A stretch of DNA of 45,114 bases from Patescibacteria group bacterium (GTDB taxonomy: Bacteria > Patescibacteriota > Minisyncoccia > Portnoybacterales > UBA2143): assembly GCA_018819085.1 (NCBI GenBank), contig JAHJQT010000032.1, positions 1-45,114 on the forward strand, read 5' to 3'. Each line of letters opens with the position of its first letter. Within the stretch, counting starts at the first letter, position 1. A program made the translations under genes and the position numbers. Shown piece by piece: positions 26,960 to 37,717 of the stretch. The notes under the pieces are model-generated. The model was not told the origin of the DNA. It saw nothing but the letters and a program-made list of their open reading frames with translations, and searched no databases.

Positions 26960-27301
26960 TTAATTGATTCCTACCAATCCTTTAATTACCATTATCAATC
27001 CTTTAGAAACTAATGCAATAGCTATGCCAACCAATGCCCAAATAAGCATTTTTCTTGCTGTACCTATTGCTTCTTCATTTCCTGATGAAGTAATCCACTT
27101 AAAACCGGCAAAAAGCAACATAAATAAAGCTACGGCAAGAACAATACCAAAAAAATAATTCACTATAGTATCTAATAATTCAATTATCTTATCCATACTC
27201 GTTATATCAGAATCCGGAATTGTTGGTTCTGCTGCAAATACAGTCAAAGAAAATCCGAATAATATAAGACATGATAAGCTCGCAATTATTATTTTTTTCA
27301 C
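26960..27301 (-). CDS. VirB2/TrbC-like pilin-family small membrane protein, paralog 1
   Basis: Signal peptide and two TM segments with a conserved SSGNEE linker. GTG start 6 nt after an AAGGGGG SD. The ORF-track TTG start at 27322 is rejected. Confidence 0.5.
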   Translation of the reverse strand: MKKIIIASLSCLILFGFSLTVFAAEPTIPDSDITSMDKIIELLDTIVNYFFGIVLAVALFMLLFAGFKWITSSGNEEAIGTARKMLIWALVGIAIALVSKGLIMVIKGLVGIN

Positions 27302-27344
27302 AAATTTCACCCCCTTTCGCAATTTTTAATTTAATTTATTATAT

Positions 27345-27710
27345 CTAATTAGCACCTAAAAGCTCTTTAATTATGCTTGTAAAACCAGCTCCTATTAAAC
27401 AAACAGCAAGCCCTACAGCTGCCCAAAGCATTGTTTTCTTTGCTTGAGTTACTTTCTCTTCACTTCCTCCAGAAACCATAAACATAAAACCTCCAATTAA
27501 AAACATTAATGTTGCTAAAGGAATAGCAATTATAAAAATCCAATATGCAATAGCACTAATTAACTCATCAAAACTAGTTGAATTAAGAGGATTTGAAATA
27601 GACCCACCTTCACCTGGCGGAGGTAATGTAGCGCTAGCAAAAAAAGGCAGTCCAAATACTAAAACTGGAATAATTAATAAATAAGTTTTTTTTAATATTT
27701 TTTTAATCAT
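27345..27710 (-). CDS. VirB2/TrbC-like pilin-family small membrane protein, paralog 2
   Basis: Same topology. FMVSGGSEEKVTQAKK aligns with paralog 1. Confidence 0.5.
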   Translation of the reverse strand: MIKKILKKTYLLIIPVLVFGLPFFASATLPPPGEGGSISNPLNSTSFDELISAIAYWIFIIAIPLATLMFLIGGFMFMVSGGSEEKVTQAKKTMLWAAVGLAVCLIGAGFTSIIKELLGAN

Positions 27711-27720
27711 ATTTTTTTAA

Positions 27721-28158
27721 TCATAATTCAGGTGTAGAACAACTAGGAAAATGATTCCATGCCCATATTATTGTACCAGAACTTGAATCAGGATTCACTA
27801 ATGTTTTCATTAAGGTATCAATCAATAACCAACTACAAAAGATAATTAGTAATCCAATGACCGTACTAGTAAAAATGCTTTTTGCTAAACCAACTTTCTG
27901 TTCATTCCCAGCTGATGTTAAAAAAATAATTCCTGCTGCTACAAATAAAAGAGTTGCAATCGGAATAGCTAAATTAAAACTAATAAAATTAATTATATTA
28001 CTCGCTAGATTCCAAATATGACAAAGAGTACAAGATGATTGACCACTACCTCCACAAGGAACTATTGGTCCAGTATGAATACCAGCATAAACAGAATTGG
28101 CTCCTACGAATATAATAATAACTAAATAAATAATAAAAAATATTTTAAAAGCTTTCAT
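27721..28158 (-). CDS. VirB2/TrbC-like pilin-family small membrane protein, paralog 3, with a Cys-rich N-terminal region
   Basis: FLTSAGNEQKVGLAKS aligns with paralogs 1 and 2. Signal peptide present. Confidence 0.45.
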   Translation of the reverse strand: MKAFKIFFIIYLVIIIFVGANSVYAGIHTGPIVPCGGSGQSSCTLCHIWNLASNIINFISFNLAIPIATLLFVAAGIIFLTSAGNEQKVGLAKSIFTSTVIGLLIIFCSWLLIDTLMKTLVNPDSSSGTIIWAWNHFPSCSTPEL

Positions 28159-28165
28159 TGGATTA

Positions 28166-29458
28166 TTATTTCATTAAAAGATTAATCTGATTAATTGATT
28201 TTTCAATTGACTTTTTAATTGTCTCTTCTCCTAATACTATTGATTCTATCATATCAGCAAAAATATTTTCAATAGACAAACTATCAACTTGATACCATGA
28301 TTGAGCAGATAATGATTGCTCAGCAAAAATACCTACATCTTTATCATTCTTTTGCCAATTAACTAAATCCCTACGAGCTGTTGGTTTTTTTGTTTTTTCC
28401 AAATATTTCTGAGAACTTTCTTTTTGCGTTATCCAATTTATAAACTCCCATGCCTGTTCTGAACTCTTGGAATTACGAGAAACAGTCATGCCCCAATAAT
28501 TAGCATAATCAATATCTTTTTCCGAACTTTCAATTTGAGGCATTTTTGATACTCCAAAATTTAGATAAGGCGATTTAGCTCTGATAGTTGGTAAATGATA
28601 AGAGTAATTAAACATCATAGCTGTTGATCCTTCGTAAAAAGCATCAATAGAATAATGCATTCTTGTATTCCAAGTATAAGATGATTTTAGAGGATTAGCA
28701 AAATCAATATAAAATTCTAAAGCTCTTTGCCCTGGATAAAAATTTTCATTATCTAATTTAATAGCTTCATCAAAAACAGCTTCTGTTTTATTTTGATTCA
28801 CCATTTGAGCACCTGATTGCATCATTAAAAGTGATAAAATATCAGTTGAACGATTAACATTTCTTGCTGTACCCAAAGAAGCCCCAGCACGAATAATATT
28901 ATCTCTATCATCTTTTATGGTTAATTTATTTAAAACATCTAAAAATTCTTCCCAAGTTTCAGGTGGTTGAGAAATACCAACAGTATTAAAAATGTCTTTA
29001 TTATAATAAAGCGCTAATGTATCAACACTTAAAGGAAGAGCAACAATTTGATCATCTATAACAAAATCCTTATAAACAACATCAACAAAATTATCTTGAA
29101 TGTCCTTGATTAATATTAAATCAGATGGAGCAGCCCAAATTTTATTTTCGTATTTAGGCACCCAAGTATGATGAATCATAAAAAGATCGGGACCTCTTCC
29201 ACTTGCCATAGCTTCAAGCAAATCTTTTTCGTATGTCGCATAAACCTTTTTGTAATATTTAATTTTTGTCTTTGGAAATTCTGCATTAAAATCTTGAATC
29301 AATTCATTAAAAACATCAGAATCATCATAAACTCCCCAAAACTCTAGCTCTGTTGATTGTAAAGGACTAGATTTGCACCCTGGAAAAGCAATTGCTAAAC
29401 TAAAAACAAACAAAGGAATAATAAATGTATATAAAGTGACAGTTTTTATTTTGAACAC
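28166..29458 (-). CDS. Extracellular solute-binding lipoprotein (ABC-type SBP family 1-like)
   Basis: Lipobox AFPGC. About 400-aa periplasmic binding-protein-like sequence. GTG start. Confidence 0.5.
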   Translation of the reverse strand: MFKIKTVTLYTFIIPLFVFSLAIAFPGCKSSPLQSTELEFWGVYDDSDVFNELIQDFNAEFPKTKIKYYKKVYATYEKDLLEAMASGRGPDLFMIHHTWVPKYENKIWAAPSDLILIKDIQDNFVDVVYKDFVIDDQIVALPLSVDTLALYYNKDIFNTVGISQPPETWEEFLDVLNKLTIKDDRDNIIRAGASLGTARNVNRSTDILSLLMMQSGAQMVNQNKTEAVFDEAIKLDNENFYPGQRALEFYIDFANPLKSSYTWNTRMHYSIDAFYEGSTAMMFNYSYHLPTIRAKSPYLNFGVSKMPQIESSEKDIDYANYWGMTVSRNSKSSEQAWEFINWITQKESSQKYLEKTKKPTARRDLVNWQKNDKDVGIFAEQSLSAQSWYQVDSLSIENIFADMIESIVLGEETIKKSIEKSINQINLLMK

Positions 29459-29574
29459 AAAATTAAATTTACTTTAGTTATTAACTTTTTAATGTCATTC
29501 CCAACTTGATTGGGAATCCAGATTAATTTATTTCCTGGATCCCCGCTTTCGCGAGGATGACACCAAGTATGTAT

Positions 29575-30108
29575 TTATTTTCTAAAAATAAGTCCGTAGT
29601 GATGATTATCTATTTTTAATTCTTTTTCAAATTCAAACCCTTCTAATTTAACTAATTGTTGTGCTTCTTCTTTTGAAATTAACCAGCCATCCTTAGGTGC
29701 TAAAGATGAATCTTTAATCCACTCCACAAGAACAAGCGTATTATTGTCTTTTAAAACTCTTTTTGCTTCTTTGACTATCTCAGATTTTTTTTGTGATTGA
29801 AATAAAATATTTCGTAAAAGAACTAAATCTATTGATTCATTGTCTAATTTTGAACCATTAAGATTCTCAAGATTACAATGAATTGTCTCAATGTTTGATA
29901 TATTTTCTAATTCTGCTTTGCTTTCAACTGCTTCTAATGTATCTTTTATAACATCCAAAGCATAAACGTGCCCTTGTTCAGCAATTTTTGCCATCGGAAT
30001 ACTGAAATATCCATTACCACAACCAAAATCAGCAATATGCATATTATTACGAATATCTATTTGCTTTAAAATTTCTGTGGGTTGAAGAAATCCATTATTA
30101 TTTTCCAT
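29575..30108 (-). CDS. Class I SAM-dependent methyltransferase
   Basis: Motif I DFGCGNGYF. ATG at 30108 is preferred over the TTG at 30123. Confidence 0.6.
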   Translation of the reverse strand: MENNNGFLQPTEILKQIDIRNNMHIADFGCGNGYFSIPMAKIAEQGHVYALDVIKDTLEAVESKAELENISNIETIHCNLENLNGSKLDNESIDLVLLRNILFQSQKKSEIVKEAKRVLKDNNTLVLVEWIKDSSLAPKDGWLISKEEAQQLVKLEGFEFEKELKIDNHHYGLIFRK

Positions 30109-30113
30109 ATTTT

Positions 30114-32549
30114 TTATATACAAGCTACTGAAACAACTTTATCTCCCTGCCTTAATTTCATAATTTTAACTCCTTGAGTTGCTCTACCTAAAGAAGAAAT
30201 ATTCTTAAGTTTAGTTTTAATTACCTTCCCTTTGCTAGAAATAGCAATTAGATCTTCTTGTCCTTTATCTAATATCTCGCTTACAACAATATCCCCCGTT
30301 TTACTGTTAATTTTAGCTGTTTTAATTCCTATGCCACCTCTTTTTTGAACCTTATAAAATTTCAAATATGTTTTTTTACCAAATCCATTTTGAGTAACAA
30401 CAAGAATCTTTAAATTCTCTTTATCTATACTTTCACTAATAATATCCATTCTTACTAATTTATCATCTTTTCTTAAATTAATTCCCTTAACACCAGAAGC
30501 TGCTCTACCCATTGATCTAACATCACTTTCTTTAAAACGAATACTTTGACCTTTTGATGTAACTAACATAATCTGATCTTCACCAGAAGTAAGATTAGCC
30601 CATTTAAGCTTATCTTCTTTTTTTAATTTAATTGCAATCAAACCACTAATACGAACATTAGAAAAGTCTTCTATTTTTGTTCTTTTAATTATACCATTTT
30701 CAGTAGCCATTACCAAATATTTAACATTATCCCCTTTGCTAATATTAAGAACCGCTGTGATTTTTTCATTTGGACCTAATTGTAAAATATTAACAATAGC
30801 TTGTCCGCGAGCTACTCTTTTTGTTTCAGGAAGTTCATAGGCCATTGATTTGAAAACACGTCCTTTATTAGTAAAGAATAAAATATTGTCATGTGTTGAA
30901 ACGTGCATGAAATGCCCTACTACATCTTCTTCCCTAGGAGTTATTCCAACAACTCCTTTGCCTCCTCTATTTTGAGCACGATATGCTTGCGGATTGACTC
31001 TCTTTATATAACCTCCCTCTGTTAAAATAATTATACAATCTTCTTCCGGAACTAATTCTTCTATATTCAATTCACCTACTTGACGAATATTAACTTTAGT
31101 TCGCCTTGCATCACTATATTTCTCCTTTAATTCTTTGAGTTCTTTCTTAATTACAGTTAATATTTTTTCAGGACTTTTAAGTAGTACTTCTAATTCTTTA
31201 ATTAATTGCCTTTTTTCTTTTAATTCATCTTTTATTTTCTTTTGTTCTAAACCAGCCAGTGTCTGTAGTTTCATTTCTAAAATAGCTTCTGTCTGCTTCT
31301 CGCTTAATTTGAATTTCTTCATTAAGTTCCTACCCGCCTCTTCCTTATTCTTAGATTTTTTAATTGTATTTATAACAGCATCAATATTATCAAGGGCTTT
31401 ACTTAATCCCATTAAAATATGAGCTCTTTCTTTTGCTTGGTCTAATTCAAATTTAGTTTTCCTAGTAATAATTTCTTGACGATGCTTGATGTATTCTTCT
31501 AAAAAATTAGACAATGATAAAACTTGTGGTTGAATTCCATTAACCAAAGCAAGCATGTTCATATGAAATGTTTTTTGTAAATCAGTGAATTTGAAAAGAT
31601 GATTAAGTATTTTTTTAGGATAAGCATCATTTTTTAATTCAATAACAATTCTGACTCCTTCTTTATTATTCGATTCATCGCGAATATCTTTAATGCCTTG
31701 TATTTTCTTATTCTTTACTAAATCAGCTATTTTAATTATTAAATTAGCTTTATTGACACCATAAACCATTTCATTGACTAAAATCTTGAATTTACCTTTT
31801 TTATCTTCAATAATTTCAGTTTTAGCTCTCATAACAATAGGACCCTTACCAGTACTGTATGCTTGAATCATTCCTTTACGATCATAAATTTCACCACCAG
31901 TTGGAAAATCAGGTCCTTTAATAAATTGAAAAAGATCTTTTACTGTTGCTTCTGGATGATCAATAAAATAGAGTATTCCATCAATTACTTCTCCTAAGTT
32001 ATGAGGAGGTATATTTGTCATCATACCAACAGCGATACCCATAACTCCGTTTAATAAGAGTTGAGGTAATTTTGCAGGAAGAACAACTGGCTCTTTGCGA
32101 GTTCCATCATAATTATTAATCCAATCAACTGTTCCTTTGCCAATATCTAAAAGCATTTCATCAGTGATTTTAGACATTTTTACTTCTGTATAACGAAAAG
32201 CTGCAGCATTATCTCCATCCATAGATCCAAAATTACCTTGTCCATTAATTAATGGGTATCTTAATGAAAAATCCTGAGCCATTCTAACTAAAGAATCATA
32301 CACAGCAACATCACCATGAGGATGATATTTTCCAAGAACTTCTCCTATTACAGTAGCTGATTTTCTATGCTTAGCAGAGCTTGTTAATCCTAATCCATGC
32401 ATAGCGTATAAAATACGACGATGAACAGGTTTGAGACCATCACGAACATCAGGCAAGGCACGCGAAATAATTACACTCATAGCGTAATCTAAATATGACT
32501 CTTCCATTTCTTTGACAATTGAATATTTTTTAATATTACCTATTTCCAT
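30114..32549 (-). CDS. gyrA: DNA gyrase subunit A
   Basis: N-terminus [15 protein letters not shown], an active-site Tyr region (AAAFRYTE), and C-terminal beta-pinwheel repeats with a GyrA-box-like QKRGGIG. Confidence 0.85.
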   Translation of the reverse strand: MEIGNIKKYSIVKEMEESYLDYAMSVIISRALPDVRDGLKPVHRRILYAMHGLGLTSSAKHRKSATVIGEVLGKYHPHGDVAVYDSLVRMAQDFSLRYPLINGQGNFGSMDGDNAAAFRYTEVKMSKITDEMLLDIGKGTVDWINNYDGTRKEPVVLPAKLPQLLLNGVMGIAVGMMTNIPPHNLGEVIDGILYFIDHPEATVKDLFQFIKGPDFPTGGEIYDRKGMIQAYSTGKGPIVMRAKTEIIEDKKGKFKILVNEMVYGVNKANLIIKIADLVKNKKIQGIKDIRDESNNKEGVRIVIELKNDAYPKKILNHLFKFTDLQKTFHMNMLALVNGIQPQVLSLSNFLEEYIKHRQEIITRKTKFELDQAKERAHILMGLSKALDNIDAVINTIKKSKNKEEAGRNLMKKFKLSEKQTEAILEMKLQTLAGLEQKKIKDELKEKRQLIKELEVLLKSPEKILTVIKKELKELKEKYSDARRTKVNIRQVGELNIEELVPEEDCIIILTEGGYIKRVNPQAYRAQNRGGKGVVGITPREEDVVGHFMHVSTHDNILFFTNKGRVFKSMAYELPETKRVARGQAIVNILQLGPNEKITAVLNISKGDNVKYLVMATENGIIKRTKIEDFSNVRISGLIAIKLKKEDKLKWANLTSGEDQIMLVTSKGQSIRFKESDVRSMGRAASGVKGINLRKDDKLVRMDIISESIDKENLKILVVTQNGFGKKTYLKFYKVQKRGGIGIKTAKINSKTGDIVVSEILDKGQEDLIAISSKGKVIKTKLKNISSLGRATQGVKIMKLRQGDKVVSVACI

Positions 32550-32555
32550 AATATA

Positions 32556-32876
32556 TTATTGAGAAAGTGGCAATTTAGCCGGCTTTGCTTTATTTGATTC
32601 ATTAACTTGCTCTATAATTTTATTTTGATCTTCTATTTCTTTTTCAAAAAAAGCACCAATACTCGCCTTAAAAGCATCTTTTAAAGAAATCATATCATCG
32701 CTAATACTAATATTTTCTTTTTTGTTATCATCCTCAATTAATAAAGAATGTTTTAGAGAAATAACCCAGATAGTAATAACAAGAAACATACAAATAAAAA
32801 CAGATGCCCATAAAAATTGAATACGGACACGACGAGGCTTTTTTTGAATTTTTTGAACAAAATCAATTAATGACAT
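32556..32876 (-). CDS. Hypothetical membrane protein (about 106 aa)
   Basis: One TM helix. ATG at 32876 is preferred over the TTG at 32897. Confidence 0.35.
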   Translation of the reverse strand: MSLIDFVQKIQKKPRRVRIQFLWASVFICMFLVITIWVISLKHSLLIEDDNKKENISISDDMISLKDAFKASIGAFFEKEIEDQNKIIEQVNESNKAKPAKLPLSQ

Positions 32877-33026
32877 AATTATAAATCTAAAATTCAAAGC
32901 ACCAAATCACAAATAAATTCAAAATAATAAATCTAAAATTCAAAAAAATAATTATGTTTTGGATTTTGAATTTTGGACATTGTAATTTATTTATTATTTG
33001 CAATTTCGGATTTTAAATTTAAATAT

Positions 33027-33674
33027 TCATGGCTTCATTAAAATTACTTCCATTTCTTTTCCAATCAAATCTTTCTTTTTTATAGTTAATTTATCAACAG
33101 CTTCTATTCCATTTAATCCCATCTCTTTTAAAAAGTCTTTAACATCATCTAATTTTATCTTAATTCCAGGAAGATTATAATGCATAGGAATAATAATTCT
33201 TGGTTCAATTTGATTAACTATTTTTACAGCTCTTTTCGCTTCGATTGTACAATTTCCTCCAACAGGAATCATTAAAATATCAATATTTCCAATTTTCTCT
33301 ATTTGTTTATCTTCTAATTTATCTTGCCCAAAATCTCCTAAATGACAAATTCTTATTTTATCAATTTCCATTACATAAATAATATTCTGTTCTTTTTTTT
33401 CTTGATCATGAAAACTACGACAACCAACTATGCTAACTCCTTTAATCTCATATTCTCCTGCGCTATCAATAATAAATGGTTGACTGCCTTCCATTCCTGT
33501 AATCGCCTTAACATTATTATGATCATAATGTTGATGAGAAACAGTCACAATATCCGCACTACAACGAGGCGGATTTAATCCGGTCTTTTTATCAAACGGG
33601 TCAGTTAAGACAATTAAATGACCTCCTTGATTAGTTATTTTAAAACAAGAATGTCCGTACCAATTTATAATCAT
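33027..33674 (-). CDS. MBL-fold metal-dependent hydrolase (UPF0173-like)
   Basis: HQHYDH motif. N-terminus MIINWYGHSCFKI. Confidence 0.7.
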   Translation of the reverse strand: MIINWYGHSCFKITNQGGHLIVLTDPFDKKTGLNPPRCSADIVTVSHQHYDHNNVKAITGMEGSQPFIIDSAGEYEIKGVSIVGCRSFHDQEKKEQNIIYVMEIDKIRICHLGDFGQDKLEDKQIEKIGNIDILMIPVGGNCTIEAKRAVKIVNQIEPRIIIPMHYNLPGIKIKLDDVKDFLKEMGLNGIEAVDKLTIKKKDLIGKEMEVILMKP

Positions 33675-33711
33675 AAATTTAATATTAATATTTTATCATA
33701 TATTTAAACCC

Positions 33712-33740
33712 TTGCCAAGCCGGTAATCATAAGCTATACT
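33712..33740 (+). promoter_or_regulatory. Sigma-70 promoter: TTGCCA-17-TATACT
   Basis: Near-consensus hexamers about 30 nt upstream of the S1 gene. Confidence 0.5.
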
Positions 33741-33771
33741 TCAATATATTATTTATTAAAATATTAACACT

Positions 33772-34854
33772 ATGATTAAAAAAGAAACAAAAACAATGAA
33801 GGAGTTACTTGCGAAAGAAAAAGAAGTTTCTTCTCTTCCTCAGCCGGGTGATATAGTTGAGGGCAAGATTATAAAAAAGAGTAATAATGAACTAATATTA
33901 GAATTAGAACCTTTTGGTACTGGAATCGTTTATGGAGCTGAATTAAGGGAAAACAGAGATATGATTAGAGATTTAGAAATTGGTAAAAAAATTTCAGCTT
34001 TGGTTTTAGATTCAGAAAATGATGATAATTATATAGAATTATCTTTAAAAGAAGCAAACATAGAAAAAGGATGGTCTGCTATTAGGCAAGAAGAAGAATC
34101 TAATAAAACTGTTTCTGTTAAAATAATAGAAGCTAATAAGGGAGGATTAGTAATAAGATTATCAGGAATCATAGGATTTCTTCCCGTATCACAACTTTCA
34201 GCTGATAATTATCCAAAAGTAGAAGATGGAGATAAAAATAAAATTCTTCAAGAACTTAATAAGTTTATAGGGACAGAAATGGAAGTTAAAATTATCGGAC
34301 TGGACAAAAATACAGATAAATTAGTTGTTTCAGAAAAAGTTTGTCAAGAAAAGAAATTACATGAAAATTTAAGTAATTATAAAAAAGGAGATACTATTGA
34401 AGGGACTGTTACTGCTTTAACTAATTTTGGAGCTTTTGTTAAATTTGATGAAAATATAGAAGGACTTATTCATATATCTGAACTTGGTTGGCAAATTATA
34501 GACCATCCTAATCAAGTAATTAAAGAGAAAGATAAAGTTAAAGCTCAAATAATCGACATACGTAACGGACAAGTTTCTCTTTCCATTAAAGCGCTTAAAA
34601 AAGATCCTTGGGAAAAAATTAAAAAAGATTTTAAAAACGAACAAACAGTTAAGGGTAAAGTTATTAAATTCAACCCATCTGGAGCATTTGTTGAAATAAA
34701 AAAAGAAATTTACGGAATGATCCATCTTTCTGAATTTTCAAAACAAAATAAAGAGATGGAAAATGTTCTTAAGATAGGAGAATCTTATAACTTCGAAATA
34801 ATATCATTTATTCCTGAAGCGCATAAAATGATATTAGGAATAAAAAATATATAA
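33772..34854 (+). CDS. Ribosomal protein S1-like protein with four S1 domains
   Basis: Repeated S1 motifs GDIVEGKII..., GDTIEGTVTALTNFGAFVKF and GKVIKFNPSGAFVEI. Confidence 0.65.
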   Translation: MIKKETKTMKELLAKEKEVSSLPQPGDIVEGKIIKKSNNELILELEPFGTGIVYGAELRENRDMIRDLEIGKKISALVLDSENDDNYIELSLKEANIEKGWSAIRQEEESNKTVSVKIIEANKGGLVIRLSGIIGFLPVSQLSADNYPKVEDGDKNKILQELNKFIGTEMEVKIIGLDKNTDKLVVSEKVCQEKKLHENLSNYKKGDTIEGTVTALTNFGAFVKFDENIEGLIHISELGWQIIDHPNQVIKEKDKVKAQIIDIRNGQVSLSIKALKKDPWEKIKKDFKNEQTVKGKVIKFNPSGAFVEIKKEIYGMIHLSEFSKQNKEMENVLKIGESYNFEIISFIPEAHKMILGIKNI

Positions 34855-34858
34855 TAAT

Positions 34859-36682
34859 ATGAAATATCTATTTAAAAATTTAATTATTGCTTTTTTGGTA
34901 TTTCTAGCAATTGCCGGTTCTTTTACGCTTTTTAATAATACTACAGAAGAAGCAGAAGAATTATCTTTAAGTAATCTAGTTGAACAGATTAATCAAGAGA
35001 ATGTATCAGTCATTACTATTAAAGGAGATAAACTAGAAATTGAACTAAAAGATAGTACAAAACAAGAAGCCACAAAAGAAAGAGAAACTTCACTAACAGA
35101 ATCATTAAAAAATTACGGGGTTGACTCAGAAAAATTAAAATTAGTTAATCTTGAAATAAAGGGAGAATCAGGAGCAGCTTTTTGGGTAGGAAATATTCTT
35201 CCATTTCTCTTACCTTTACTTATTATTGGTTTCCTATTTTGGTTTATGTTTAGAGGAGCGCAAAAAGGTCAAATGAAAGCATTTACATTTGGACGATCTA
35301 AAGCTCGTTTAATTGATCCTAAAGATAAAAAAAATAAAATAGGATTTAAAGATGTTGCTGGACTAAAAGAAGCAAAGGAAGAATTAGAAGAAATAGTTGA
35401 ATTTCTTAAAACGCCTAAAAAATTTATTGATTTAGGTGCAAAGATTCCAAAAGGAGTATTGCTCGTTGGAGCGCCTGGAACAGGAAAAACACTTTTAGCA
35501 AGAGCTGTTGCAAGTGAAGCAAGTGTTCCTTTCTTTAGTGTATCTGGATCAGAATTTGTTGAAATGTTTGTAGGAGTCGGAAGCTCACGAGTACGCGATC
35601 TCTTTCAAACAGCTAAAAAAAATGCTCCAGCATTAATTTTTATTGATGAACTTGATGCAATTGGCAGACAAAGAGGAGCTGGTATTGGAGGAGGACATGA
35701 CGAAAGAGAACAAACCCTTAATCAAATACTTGTTGAAATGGACGGATTTGAAGTAAATACAGGAGTTATCCTTATAAGCGCAACAAATAGACCTGATGTC
35801 CTTGATCCAGCATTGCTTCGTCCTGGACGTTTTGATAGGAGAATTACATTAGATTTACCTGATATTAAAGATAGAAAAAAAATCTTAGAAATTCATTCTC
35901 TTAATAAACCTTTCGAAAAAGATGTTAATCTTAAGGAAATTGCAGAAAGAACACCTGGTTTTTCAGGTGCTGATTTAGCTAATCTTGTTAATGAAGCAGC
36001 TATTTTAACAGCAAGACAGAATAAGAAGAAAATAAGCCAAGATGAATTAAGAGAATGTATTGAAAAAGTACTCTTAGGACCTGAAAGAAAAAGTAATATA
36101 CTTTCTAAAGAAGAAAAAGAAATTGCTGCTTATCATGAATCAGGCCATGCCTTAACAGCTGCTTTATTGCCGAATGCTGATCCAGTTCAAAAAATATCAA
36201 TAATATCAAGAGGGATGGCTGCTGGTTATACATTAAAACTCCCTCTTACGGATAAACATCTTCACTCACGCTCTGAATTTATTGATGAACTAACTGTTTT
36301 ATTAGGAGGATATACAGCTGAAAAACTTGTATTTAAAGAACTAACAACCGGAGCTTCAAATGATTTACAAATAGCTACTGAACTAGCACGTAAGTTAGTG
36401 ACTAAATATGGTATGAGCGAAAAATTAGGTCCCCGAACATTTGGCGGAAGAGAAGAAATGGTTTTTCTTGGTAGAGAAATTTCTACAGAAAAAGATTATT
36501 CTGAAGAAATCGCTTCTCAAATAGACAAAGAAGTCTCAAAATTTACTGATAATGCTTATAAAACAGCTACAAAACTTATTACTGATAATAGGAAAAAATT
36601 AAATCAAATTGCTCAAGTACTTATAAAGAAAGAAGTTATTGAAAGAAAGCAGTTTGAAGCATTGATGAAAAAGAAAGTTTAA
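34859..36682 (+). CDS. ftsH: ATP-dependent zinc metalloprotease FtsH
   Basis: N-terminal TM helices, AAA+ Walker [12 protein letters not shown], and HESGH zinc motif. Confidence 0.9.
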   Translation: MKYLFKNLIIAFLVFLAIAGSFTLFNNTTEEAEELSLSNLVEQINQENVSVITIKGDKLEIELKDSTKQEATKERETSLTESLKNYGVDSEKLKLVNLEIKGESGAAFWVGNILPFLLPLLIIGFLFWFMFRGAQKGQMKAFTFGRSKARLIDPKDKKNKIGFKDVAGLKEAKEELEEIVEFLKTPKKFIDLGAKIPKGVLLVGAPGTGKTLLARAVASEASVPFFSVSGSEFVEMFVGVGSSRVRDLFQTAKKNAPALIFIDELDAIGRQRGAGIGGGHDEREQTLNQILVEMDGFEVNTGVILISATNRPDVLDPALLRPGRFDRRITLDLPDIKDRKKILEIHSLNKPFEKDVNLKEIAERTPGFSGADLANLVNEAAILTARQNKKKISQDELRECIEKVLLGPERKSNILSKEEKEIAAYHESGHALTAALLPNADPVQKISIISRGMAAGYTLKLPLTDKHLHSRSEFIDELTVLLGGYTAEKLVFKELTTGASNDLQIATELARKLVTKYGMSEKLGPRTFGGREEMVFLGREISTEKDYSEEIASQIDKEVSKFTDNAYKTATKLITDNRKKLNQIAQVLIKKEVIERKQFEALMKKKV

Positions 36683-36765
36683 AAATTATTGTTGTTTTCT
36701 AAAAATATTTATGATATAATGAACCTATGAATACTCTTTGAGTAAATGATAAATAAAGGTTCATT

Positions 36766-37434
36766 ATGGCAAAAAAAATAGAACGAAGAAAAGCAATAGC
36801 ATTAAGAAAACAAGGTAAAAGTTATAGTCAAATCAAAAAAATTGTAAAAGTAAGTAAGGGCACTTTAAGTTGTTGGTTAAGAGACTATCCTCTTCCCAAA
36901 CAAAGAATAATAGAACTCTGTAATAAGAATGAACAAAGAATAGAAAGATTTCGGCAGACTATGCGAAGAAAAAAAGAAAAGCGATGGAATGAAGCATTTG
37001 AAAAAGCAAAAAAAGAATTACTTCCCCTTTGTAAAAAAGAATTATTGATTGCTGGATTATTTCTTTATTGGGGTGAAGGCACAAAAAAGATGGCCGAAGG
37101 ACTTGCTGTTGCCAACACTAATCCAGAAATTGTAAAATTTACTATTTTCTGGATGACTAAAATTCTAGGCATACAAAAATCTAAACTCAAAGCAAAGCTC
37201 CATTTATATAATGATATGAATATTAAAAAGGAGCATTTATTTTGGTCAAAAGAAACAGGAATTTCTCTAAAACAATTTAGAAAACCATATATCAAAAAAA
37301 CAACTACTATGTCAGTAGATTATCCAGGATTCAAACATGGTACTTGTGCTATATTTGGAGGCAATGTAATATCAAAAGAGATGGTAATGATGAGTATAAA
37401 AGCTATTGCAGAAAAGTATAATAAGAAAATTTAA
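36766..37434 (+). CDS. Free-standing LAGLIDADG-like homing-endonuclease-family protein with an N-terminal HTH
   Basis: N-terminal resolvase/sigma-like HTH (ALRKQGKSYSQIKKIVKVSKGTLSCWL). LIAGLFLYWGEGTK plus the downstream spacing resemble the LAGLIDADG fold pattern. Confidence 0.35.
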   Translation: MAKKIERRKAIALRKQGKSYSQIKKIVKVSKGTLSCWLRDYPLPKQRIIELCNKNEQRIERFRQTMRRKKEKRWNEAFEKAKKELLPLCKKELLIAGLFLYWGEGTKKMAEGLAVANTNPEIVKFTIFWMTKILGIQKSKLKAKLHLYNDMNIKKEHLFWSKETGISLKQFRKPYIKKTTTMSVDYPGFKHGTCAIFGGNVISKEMVMMSIKAIAEKYNKKI

Positions 37435-37440
37435 TCTAAG

Positions 37441-37512
37441 GGGCGTATAGCTCAATGGCGGAGCAGGGCTCTTATAAGGCCAAGGTTCCTGGTTCGAATC
37501 CAGGTACGCCCA
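37441..37512 (+). tRNA. tRNA with apparent anticodon UAU (Ile). There is a G-A mismatch at the top of the anticodon stem and no encoded CCA.
   Basis: Manual fold: acceptor gggcgta/tacgccc, D-stem gctc/gagc, anticodon loop ctTATaa, T-arm cctgg-ttcgaat-ccagg. Confidence 0.5.
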
Positions 37513-37532
37513 CATAATAATATTTTATTTAC

Positions 37533-37607
37533 GGGCTCATAGCTCAGTGGTAGAGTGCGTCGTTGACATCGACGAGGTCATAGGTTCAATCCCTATTGAG
37601 CCCACCA
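37533..37607 (+). tRNA. tRNA-Val, anticodon GAC, encoded CCA
   Basis: Manual fold: acceptor gggctca/tgagccc, anticodon stem cgtcg/cgacg, loop ttGACat. Confidence 0.7.
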
Positions 37608-37717
37608 AGATAAAAATACTCGTTAATTCGGGTATTTTTATTTTTAAAATATTATTTCTTTCTATAGACCTATAATAAAACAATAGCTATAATGATTATA
37701 AATAGGATTCCAAATTT

